A stretch of DNA of 64,000 bases, from NCBI RefSeq assembly GCF_006345805.1, contig NC_043000.1, positions 35,154,001 through 35,218,000 on the forward strand. The letters are read 5' to 3'. The position numbers were made by a program, and so were the translations under genes. Below the pieces are notes generated by a model. That model had not been told where the DNA came from and did no database searches. It saw nothing but the letters and a program-made list of their open reading frames with translations. Every line of letters begins with the position of its first letter. The first letter of the stretch is position 1. This DNA is from Octopus sinensis. Lineage: Eukaryota. Below are positions 53,600 through 64,000 of this stretch, piece by piece.

Positions 53600-53840
53600 G
53601 TAGGTGTATACAGTAATTGCCCAATCTTCACAGATGATTACCATCTTCTTAAATTTCCTCATTACCAATGGCATTTCTGACTTTCCATCCATGACCTCCT
53701 TGATGACTATCCAGTCCCGCTGCAGATCTGAATCGTTTGAGGTGACTGATGAGAGTTGTCACTTACTGTGTGCTTCCAGCTGGTTAAGTCTGTACACACT
53801 TCCAATCTTCCATCTACGTAGGACTTTCAGCAGATGGAAC
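53600..53840 (-). mobile_element. RTE LINE N-terminal (APE endonuclease start) remnant
   Basis: KIGS..TLNQ.G, HLKRFR and EEI*EDGNHL..LG resemble IGTWNV.TL..GK, ELKRYRW and EDGHKLWYSG. Confidence 0.45.
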
Positions 53841-55211
53841 GACACATAAGTTTACCATAAAGAGACATCTGTATGTCATTGGATTATAGCAATAAACACT
53901 TGTAAAGCACGAGTACCACTCTCTGTGTCTCGGTGATTAGTACGTTAGCGATAGGCTGAAGTGAGATGACCCGTTATCATGTGAAACCACAGGTTTTACA
54001 CCAGAGTGTCCTCTTACAAGGATACTGTGATAACAGATAGGAATCCATCACTGCTGGTGGATTGGCTGCACTACCTGACGCTAACTAAGGGTATTTCTGC
54101 ATCCTTGCACTCGGATTGTCATCACATATGCTAGTTAACCCTAAAAAGTACTACTACTCTGCATCAGAGAAGAGATGGGAACAATAATGGCTAAGAGGTG
54201 GGTCCACACTCTTCAAGACCCCAGAACTTGTGCAGCAGAGCCTCACGACTGGATGCAATTTAATGTCATACCCAGGATGCATATGTATGCATGCATACAC
54301 ACACTCACTAACACACACATATACATTACACATACATCATCATCATTGTTTAACATCCGTTTTCCATGCTGGCACGGGTTGGATGGTTTGACTGAGGACT
54401 GGCAAGCCAGGAGGCTGCACTAGGCTCCAATCTTATCTGACAATCTTTCTACAGCTAGATGCCCTTCTTAATGCCAACCACTCCGAGAGTGTAGTGTGTG
54501 CCTTTTACATGCCATCAGCATGGAAGCCAGTCAGGTGGCACTGTCATCGGTCACGTTTGGATGGTGCTTCTTATGTGTCACTGGCACTGGGAGCCAGTCA
54601 GGTGGCACTGGCAACGACCCATGCAGGGATGATTCTTATTACGTGCCACCAATGCAGGAGCCAGTCAGGTAGCACTGGCATCAGCCACAACTACAATTTC
54701 CATTTGATTAGGTACTTTTATATATAGAATATGAATAATATAAAATGGATTGAGCAACACACTGCATTGCATTGTATTACAATTTTTTCATTGCCACTTT
54801 CCCAACAGATCATTTAAGATATAAAATATAAAATAACACATCATGTCAGTATTATTATTTATTCCAGCAACACTGCTAAGTTTAAAGGTTACCAGAGCAT
54901 ACTACAAACTTTATACTTAAATTGACTTGATATATATCATCATCATCATCGTTTAATGTCTGCTTTTCTAGCTGGCATTGTTTAGGTACTACTCTTGCAG
55001 TGGTTGGTGTTAGGAAGGGCATCTAGCTGTTGAAACCATGGCAGATCAGATTGGAACCTAGTACAGCCTTTTGGCTTGCCAGTCCTCAGTCAAATCTTCC
55101 AACCCATGCTAGCATGGAAAGTGGACATTAAATGACAACGATGATGATGATGATATACACATATGTACTTTCATATACACATATACTTACGTATACATAC
55201 ACACACATACA

Positions 55212-55254
<43 letters not shown>

Positions 55255-55257
<3 letters not shown>

Positions 55258-56629
55258 AGCATCTGCTAATACATTACATGTACCATGTCCTTGTGTCGTT
55301 GTTTTTTTGTGTTTGTTCTTTTTTGGGATTTACTATATATATATATAGTTGTCTACTCCTTATGTAGGGTCTGACCACCTCCTGTACCTACACCTTAGAG
55401 CTATTTCCATAAATTAGTTTTCAGGTAATGAAGTTTGTTCTTAGACATATGGTCTGGGGTTCCATCCCACTGTCTGGCATCTTGTGTAAATATTTTTTTG
55501 CTCTGGTCATTGTGAATAGAATTTGTTACACATGTGTGGTTGTGTGGGGAGTGGATGTGTACATGTATATGGTGGTGGAGTGTATGCAGGTAGAAACTCG
55601 GTGGGTTTAAGTTGTTTATTTTGCATAAAACATAAACTCAGTGTGTTTATTCCTGTTCTTACACTATTTCTTCTCATCCTCCCCAAATTCCCTCCATACA
55701 CACACTGCACTAATTATTATTGTTGGTATTAATTAAACAATATGCCCTTTATGCCACCCAGTTCCTATATTCACTGAACAATGGCTTTCTTTTATAATCT
55801 TCAAAATCTTTTGATCCCATCATTCTCATTATTGCCATTGTTGATATCGTTGTCATTGTCGCCCTCCTCTTCCACCTCCTCCTCCTCCTCCTCCTCATCA
55901 TCATCATCCATGCATGTGCAATCCCCTAAAGGTGGCAGTGGTTCAGACTCTTGCTGAGTGTAAGAACCACACCTGGTCAATGAAAGTAATAAAATACGGA
56001 ACTAGAAACATTCTAACCATTTTTTTTTTACTGTAGATATTTGGATTAAAGATGCCAAAGATAGGCAGCTCAACTGGAATTTGGTTAAGAAATTCCCTCA
56101 AGTTTAAATAAATTTTGGATATATAAATGGTTTTATATATTTGGGAATGCAGTTGAAGCGAATAGGAGTGTTTGAAGTAAGTTTGTCTTTATTCAGAGAC
56201 ACAAAGCAAACAAACGATAGAAGGTGTGCCAGGTATGAGATTCCTCAGCCACTCATTGGTTCGTAGAAGTACTAGGAGACATCAAGAAGAGGAGGAGATC
56301 CACAGGCCAAACTTGTGGATGGATCAAGTTCCTATCTGAATAGAAGGTGACAAAGTGTGGGATGGGATGGCAGTAGGCAGAGCAGGAAAAACTAGGAAAC
56401 ACACCCAGAAAGGTTGAAAAGAAGTAGGTGAGAAAGTCAGGGAGTTATAAAGCGAAAAAAAAAAAAAAGAAAAAAAAAAAAGAAGAGACATCAAGCATAT
56501 GTACTGCAGAGATGAACTGAAAGTAAGGTAGGGTAATGAAAGGTTCATAGGTGTGAGGGGGCCCCTCAATTGGAAAAGCAGTAAGTAAAATTCAAGATGT
56601 CATTAGACCATAGAGCACATAGAATGATA

Positions 56630-56666
<37 letters not shown>

Positions 56667-58035
56667 AGCATCTGCTAATACATTACATGTACCATGTCCT
56701 TGTGTCGTTGTTTTTTTGTGTTTGTTCTTTTTTGGGATTTACTATATATATATATAGTTGTCTACTCCTTATGTAGGGTCTGACCACCTCCTGTACCTAC
56801 ACCTTAGAGCTATTTCCATAAATTAGTTTTCAGGTAATGAAGTTTGTTCTTAGACATATGGTCTGGGGTTCCATCCCACTGTCTGGCATCTTGTGTAAAT
56901 ATTTTTTTGCTCTGGTCATTGTGAATAGAATTTGTTACACATGTGTGGTTGTGTGGGGAGTGGATGTGTACATGTATATGGTGGTGGAGTGTATGCAGGT
57001 AGAAACTCGGTGGGTTTAAGTTGTTTATTTTGCATAAAACATAAACTCAGTGTGTTTATTCCTGTTCTTACACTATTTCTTCTCATCCTCCCCAAATTCC
57101 CTCCATACACACACTGCACTAATTATTATTGTTGGTATTAATTAAACAATATGCCCTTTATGCCACCCAGTTCCTATATTCACTGAACAATGGCTTTCTT
57201 TTATAATCTTCAAAATCTTTTGATCCCATCATTCTCATTATTGCCATTGTTGATATCGTTGTCATTGTCGCCCTCCTCTTCCACCTCCTCCTCCTCCTCC
57301 TCCTCATCATCATCATCCATGCATGTGCAATCCCCTAAAGGTGGCAGTGGTTCAGACTCTTGCTGAGTGTAAGAACCACACCTGGTCAATGAAAGTAATA
57401 AAATACGGAACTAGAAACATTCTAACCATTTTTTTTTTACTGTAGATATTTGGATTAAAGATGCCAAAGATAGGCAGCTCAACTGGAATTTGGTTAAGAA
57501 ATTCCCTCAAGTTTAAATAAATTTTGGATATATAAATGGTTTTATATATTTGGGAATGCAGTTGAAGCGAATAGGAGTGTTTGAAGTAAGTTTGTCTTTA
57601 TTCAGAGACACAAAGCAAACAAACGATAGAAGGTGTGCCAGGTATGAGATTCCTCAGCCACTCATTGGTTCGTAGAAGTACTAGGAGACATCAAGAAGAG
57701 GAGGAGATCCACAGGCCAAACTTGTGGATGGATCAAGTTCCTATCTGAATAGAAGGTGACAAAGTGTGGGATGGGATGGCAGTAGGCAGAGCAGGAAAAA
57801 CTAGGAAACACACCCAGAAAGGTTGAAAAGAAGTAGGTGAGAAAGTCAGGGAGTTATAAAGCGAAAAAAAAAAAAAAGAAAAAAAAAAAAGAAGAGACAT
57901 CAAGCATATGTACTGCAGAGATGAACTGAAAGTAAGGTAGGGTAATGAAAGGTTCATAGGTGTGAGGGGGCCCCTCAATTGGAAAAGCAGTAAGTAAAAT
58001 TCAAGATGTCATTAGACCATAGAGCACATAGAATG
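55255..58035. repeat. Tandem duplication with period 1409 bp (55255-56626 = 56664-58035)
   Basis: No differences seen on reading, including the A14-G-A12 run. Junctions lie in (AT)n, and the ORF track repeats with offset 1409. Confidence 0.95.
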
Positions 58036-58174
58036 ATATATATATATATATATGTACATGTGTGTGAGTGTGTGTTTTGAGTGTGTACATAAAAATATTC
58101 ATATGCATATATATACATATCTATATTTATCTATATATATGTGTGTGTGTGTATGTAATTTGTGTTATGTGTAG

Positions 58175-58416
58175 CAGCAGTGCTTGTTGCTAGAATTTCC
58201 AAGTCTAATAGAACGAACCTCTCCAAATCCTAGTTCTGCTATCTGTATGAAGGGGTTTAGGACTGGTCAGCTTGTTTGGGACATAGAGTTTGATATGCGA
58301 TATAACAATGAAGTCAAACCAAATAATGATATTATGAATGCATTTAATATGTTTCATATAATTACACAATGGATAAAAATGGAATTTCATCTCTTACCAT
58401 GCAAAGTCTTCATCAG
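58175..58416 (+). other. Candidate host-gene exon (alternative first or internal exon)
   Basis: Strong donor CATCAG|GTAAGA at 58416/58417, with acceptors gtgtag|CAG CAG (58174) or ttgctag (58193). One frame is open throughout (QQCLLLEFP...KVFI, phase 2). A second frame gives ATG 58369 MDKNGISSLTMQSLHQ (phase 0). Confidence 0.4.
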
Positions 58417-58524
58417 GTAAGAAATCTTGAAATATGCAATGCACTGGCATCCTGTACAGAGATACTTCACAGAATCTGAGAAACTGTTCTTTTGAACTTA
58501 TATATTTTATACATATATAATCAT

Positions 58525-58936
58525 GGGCACAGGAGTGGCTGTGTGGTAAGAAGCTTGCTTCCCAGCCACATGGTTCCGGGTTCAGTCCTACTGCGTGACA
58601 ACTTGGGCAAGTGTCTTCTACTATAGCCTAGAGACGACCAAAGCCTTGTGAGTGGATTTGGTAGACGGAAACTGAAAGAAGCCCGTCGTGTATATATATA
58701 TATATGTATGTGTGGGTGTTTGTTATTTGTGTCTGTGTTTCTCCCCACACCATCGCTTGAGAATCGATGCTGGTATGTTTATGTCCCTGTAACTTAGCGG
58801 TTCGGCAAAAGAGACCGATAGAATAAGTACTAGGCTTACTAAGGATAAGTCCCAGGGGTCGATTTGTTCAACTAAATGTGGTGCTCCAGCATGGCTGCAG
58901 TCAAATGACAGAAACAAGTAAAAGAATAAAAGAATA
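58525..58936 (+). mobile_element. SINE family A full-length copy
   Basis: Complete head to tail. Confidence 0.88.
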
Positions 58937-58944
58937 CATGCATA

Positions 58945-59093
58945 CAGTGTCCGTAAATTACCTTTACAATTTGAGAAGTTCAGTGGGGAAATCAGGACAT
59001 TCCTATGTAGGGTCCATTAGATGCACACAACACATCTAGATGATGTATGAAAATAAATTGTGGAAGTTGTAAAGATAACTTATGAACACCCTG
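58945..59093. mobile_element. Tc1/mariner-type MITE (~150 bp)
   Basis: TA-CAGTGTCCGTAAATTACCTTTACAA ... TTGTAAAGATAACTTATGAACACCCTG form imperfect TIRs. Confidence 0.65.
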
Positions 59094-59102
59094 CGTATAT
59101 AT

Positions 59103-59482
59103 ATTCTTTTACTTGTTTCAGTCATTTGCCTGCGACCATGGTGATGCACTGCCTTTAGTCAAACAATTCAACCCCAGGACTTATTCTTTGTAAGCCTAGT
59201 ACTTATTCTATTGGTCTCTTTTGCCCAATTGCTAAGTTACAGGGATATAAACACGTCAACATCGGTTGTCAAGCAATGTGGTGAGGGACAAACACAGACA
59301 CACAAATACACACACACTCACGCATGCATGACAAGCTTCTTTCAGTTTCTGTGTGCAAAATCCACTCAACGCTTTGGTCAGTTCGAGGCTATAGTAAAAG
59401 ACTCGCCCAAGGTGCCACTCAGTGGGACTGAACCTGGAACCATGTGGTCAGGAAACAAGCTTCTTATCACACAGCTGTGCCT
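59103..59482 (-). mobile_element. SINE family A full-length copy (inverted relative to 58525-58936)
   Basis: Reverse complement of tail to head. Confidence 0.85.
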
Positions 59483-59872
59483 GTCAAATAGGAATCAAAT
59501 CCAAGCTGTGTCCTTTCTTAGCACATCTGCTTATTTCTGTATTCCAGATCCATATGAAGATGTTACATTTATGTGAGGGTGAAAGTATTGGAAGAGTTGA
59601 AAGTACTGGAAAATATTTTTGGCAGAGTAATAATATCAAAACAGGAGATAGGAAAAAAGTTTGGGTGTTATTTATTCAACATTACTTGTTTCATTTGATT
59701 CCGTCCGAAGAATTTCTGAGAGGTGATATTTTACATGTTTTTTCCACATGTACAATTTTTTAACTCCTATTAGCAAATGAAACACATGTAATGGTGAATA
59801 AATTTTTGTCTAAATTTTTTTCCAATCTCCTGCTTTGAGATATATATATGTATATATGTATATATATATGTG

Positions 59873-59927
<55 letters not shown>

Positions 59928-61420
59928 TTTTGAGGGTCTCTCCATTTCATCTTGCTAATTGCACTAAATTTTATTTTTCATTTTTTTTAAACACGTCTTA
60001 CTAAATTTGTTTTGCATGAAAGAATAATTTTCATTGCCACTGTGCAATATTTATTCACTTACTTCACACACACACACACGCACACAGACGTGAATAGACA
60101 GGCGTGTGTTGTAGTTTGGCGAAGCCTAGTTAAATTTTGTGGTGCTCATCCCTGGCAGCTATTTTGTTTTGTGAGAAATCAATATGGAAGGGAAATGAGG
60201 AAAGATTACATTGTTTACTTTGCAGAGGAGTGGGATGAGGGGAGGTGGGAGAATTGTTTGTTATTGAATTGAAATGGCATTTATCAGGGATTGAAACCTT
60301 GTTGTGGACTCAGCTTTCTTGAACATTATCTTTGAAGAATGGCGCTCATTGCTTAATGCCTCTTTCTTTTGTTAGTGGGTGTATACAGAGGCAGAGTGAT
60401 GAAGATGTCATTAGATGTTTGTGTGAGTATAGTGAAAGGGTTTAAATGAAGATGGAATTTGTGTGTGTATGTGTGTGTGTCTTTGATAATAGCTTAAAAT
60501 ATATCCAGGAATTTACATGAATATGGGATAAATAGTTATGAAACTACAATGCATGTGCAGATGTGTGTGTATGTGTGTGTACTTATATATCACTTAACAT
60601 GCACAGTATTGAAGTACAAGCTACTAATAGTTTCATGCTCTGGAAACACAATGATTCAGCAGATTTATTTATCATGCCTTGTGTCTCCAAGCAATCTTTC
60701 AAGCTCAAATGCACATGGCTGGTCTTATTTGAAAATTGGGATGCTGGTCTTATTTGCAAAACAGGAAGCTGGTCTATAAAAAGATATGGAAAGAACATAG
60801 ATGCAAAAGGTGGAATGAGAAAAAGTGTAACAAGAAAACAAAGAGAGGGAATACAAATGAAAGAAGAAAGAAAGGAAAACCAAGAGTTGCATCTGCTTTG
60901 TCTGTCGAAATTCTAATTAACCCTGCAGGTGTAAAATGATTCAGTGAGGAGGCGGCCAAAGTCTGTGAGACAGCTGCTCAATCTGGAGACAGTATTCTCC
61001 TCCAATTTGACAAAAGAAATTTGACCATGTGCTTGCATTGGATCTGGAATTAAGTAATGTAGTGAAATTCTTGGATTTAAAAAGAATGTATGGTCTTTTG
61101 ACTATACAGAGCTTCTGTGGCTGAAGATGCTTTTCCTTTTTTCTTTTTTATTCACATTTTTTCTCACTCCACTTTTTGCACCATCCCTCCTCCTCCTCCT
61201 CACTTTTTCTCGTGTTTTCTCATAGACTAGCATCCTGCTTTTCAAATAAACCTGAATGATTACTTGGAGACACAAGGCACATTGTGTTCTTACAGTAGGA
61301 AACTAGTAGTAGCTCATAATTTGAAATCCTGTGTATATGACCTGATATTTACTGGATGGAGTATTTATTTTGTAGATCTTACCTATAATGTAACAATAAA
61401 CTATGCAGCTGTGTGCGCGC

Positions 61421-61451
<31 letters not shown>

Positions 61452-61452
<1 letters not shown>

Positions 61453-61930
61453 TTATATATGTGTGTATGTGTGGGTATATGAAAATAAGGGATGACAAAG
61501 GAACCAATAGAAAAACGAAAAACACAAGTTCAATCCCTCCTCAACTATCCACCAAATACCACTGCAATTTCAATCATTATATATATACATGATATATATA
61601 TGTGTGTATGTGTATATATATGTATATATATATGTATGTATATATGTATATATATATGTATGTATATATGTGTATATATATGTATATATATATATATGTA
61701 TGTATATATGTATATATATATATATTTATATATGTGTGTATGTGTGGGTATATGAAAATAAGGGATGACAAAGGAACCAATAGAAAAACGAAAAACCCAA
61801 GTTCAATCCCTCCTCAACTATCCACCAAATACCACTGCAATTTCAATCATTATATATATACATGATATATATATGTGTGTATGTGTATATATATGTATAT
61901 ATATATGTATGTATATATGTATATATATAT
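61452..61930. repeat. Tandem duplication with period 273 bp
   Basis: The GGGTATATGAAAATAAGGG...CAATCATT core is repeated, with one substitution (A61524 vs C61797). The junction lies in (AT)-rich microsatellite. Confidence 0.92.
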
Positions 61931-61971
61931 GTATATATATGTATATATATATATGTATATATATATATATG

Positions 61972-62029
<58 letters not shown>

Positions 62030-64000
62030 ATATGCATATATCATCATCATCGTTTAACGTCTGCTTTCCATGCTAGCATGGGTTGGACGATTTGACTGAA
62101 GACTGGCAAACCAGATGGCTTTACCAGACTCCAATCTGATCTGGCAGAGTTTCTACAGCTGGATGCCCTTCCTAACGCCAACCACTCCGAGAGTGTAGTA
62201 GGTGCTTTTACATGCCACCGGCACGAGGGCCAGTCAGGTGCTACTGGCAACGGCCATACTCAAATGCTGTTTTTTTTATGTACCTATATTATATATATTA
62301 TATATTATAAAATATATATATATATATTATATATTATATATATGTTATATATATTATATATGTGCATGCATGTGTAAGTAGCTCTTTCTCTATCTTTTTA
62401 CATGTTTCATACATTGGACTGTGGCCATGCTGGGGCAATACCTTCAAGAGTTGAGTTCAACAAATTGACCCAGTACTTATTTTAAAGCCTGCTGCTTATC
62501 TTATTCCTCTTTTTTGCTGAAAATAAACCAACAGCATTTGTAAAGTTGTGGTGAAGGACAAATGCATGCACAAAGTCATGTCACATCACACACACACACA
62601 CACACAGTATGGACTTCATTTAGTTTCTGTCCACCAAATCCACACACAATGTTTTTGTAGGCCTGTGGCTATAGTGGTGCCATGGAGTGGGACTGAACTT
62701 GGAACCGTGTGGTTGGGAAATAAAATGAGCTAAGAGATGCAACTCAGAGTGGCCAATGTTATGTATGACATACAAGATAAATTAACTCTACTTCCAGACT
62801 TATTAATTAGTAATTGGTAGAAACTCTAAATGAGAAGGGAGATAATCTCAAGAATCAGTGTGTGTGTGTGTGTGTGTGTGCTTATGTAGATCATTGTCAT
62901 CATCATTGGTTCTTAACTTTTCTTTGTTTGAATGAGTCAGATGAAATTGGTTCAGATAGGTTTTACTGTGGCCAAACGTCCACTCAGTTGCTAATCTTCA
63001 CTTATTTCCAAGCAAGGTAAATATTTGCTTCTTCCCAGACATGTTATCAGGGAAGATTGAAAGCAATCAACACACCTTGTATAGTTAGTGGCACAGGTTT
63101 TTTACAAGTATCACACACATACACATATAAATATACAATAGGCTTCGACAGAGTTTCATCATCATCATCATCAACCTTTGACTTTCATTTTCTACACTGG
63201 CATGGGTTGGGCAGGTTGACAGGAGCTGGTTAGCATAGGGATTGCACCAAGCTCTCACTGTCAGTCTTGGCATGGTTTTTATAGTTCCCTTCCTAAAACC
63301 AACCACATTAGGGAGTGACTGGGTGCTTTTTATATGGCACCAGCACTGCTGATGTCACCATAGTTTCTATCAACCAAATCCTCTCATAGTCAACTTCAGA
63401 TTAAAGAAGAAGAAACTTGTCCTAGATGCCAGGCCTTCAGACTGAACCCATGACCTCATGGTTAGAAAGTAAACTTCTTAGCTGAACAACTATGCCACAC
63501 ACACAAACACATAAATATATTTGCACATATGTATAAATACATATGCATATACACACTCTTGTTCGTATTTTAGTATCTCCTCATGAAGGTGGAGGGTTGA
63601 GCAGTTCGGATGTTTGGATTATGATTGTAAGGCCATGAGTTTGATTCCTTGCATCAAAATTGTGTCCTTGAACAAGGCACTTCATTTCATGTTACTGCAG
63701 TTCTCTCAGCTGGCAAAAAATGAGTTGTACCTGTAATTCAAATGGGGAACTACATTAAAGGCATGTGTGCCTGTGGAGTGCTCAGCCATTTGCACAATAA
63801 TTTTGTGACATTGCATGATGGTTGTAAATGAGCATCACCTTTATGCAAGCAGGATCTTTCATTCGGAATGTTCCATGAAAACATGTTTACCCATGGCTAC
63901 AAATTACCCTACTTAGGAACAGATGAGGGTTAATGACTGGAAGAGCTTCCAACTGGAAGGGCATCTGGCCATAGAAAATCTGCTTCAGTAAATTCTGTTT

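Noticed and set aside
58385-58420. Minus-strand CTGATGA...GAAA
   Set aside because: No stem II, III or I pairing; chance match overlapping the splice donor.
62939-63016. Possible exon (phase 1 to 2) with AAG|GTAAAT donor
   Set aside because: Weak acceptor, stop in phase 0, and not phase-compatible with the other candidate exons.

Overview
Eukaryotic, AT-rich, microsatellite-saturated genomic DNA. The repeat landscape (tRNA-derived SINEs, RTE and CR1/L2 LINE debris, Penelope-like elements, Tc1/mariner, piggyBac) points to an Octopus genome; that is an inference. Nearly all entries in the ORF track are repeat or microsatellite artefacts. The host gene appears to be the 5' part of a large + strand gene, probably FoxP: a clean 153-nt exon at 8133-8285 encodes AINLSTS...NGDLY, which I recall from invertebrate FoxP N-termini, but no forkhead domain is visible. 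Further candidate exons lie at 1613-1691 and 58175-58416, plus two possible microexons. The most notable non-coding signal is a set of hammerhead-ribozyme (HHR) motifs, mostly in Penelope-like remnants. One structurally complete minimal type I HHR lies on the minus strand (29272-29314), boxed by a perfect 33-bp inverted repeat inside (AT)n arrays, while the sense-strand HHR-like motifs are all damaged. Other features: a Tc1-like element with DD36E spacing, a piggyBac remnant with TTAA MITEs, an identical 1409-bp tandem duplication and smaller duplications bounded by (AT)n, and inverted SINE pairs that could form dsRNA. No database searches were run, so family assignments rest on motif recognition.
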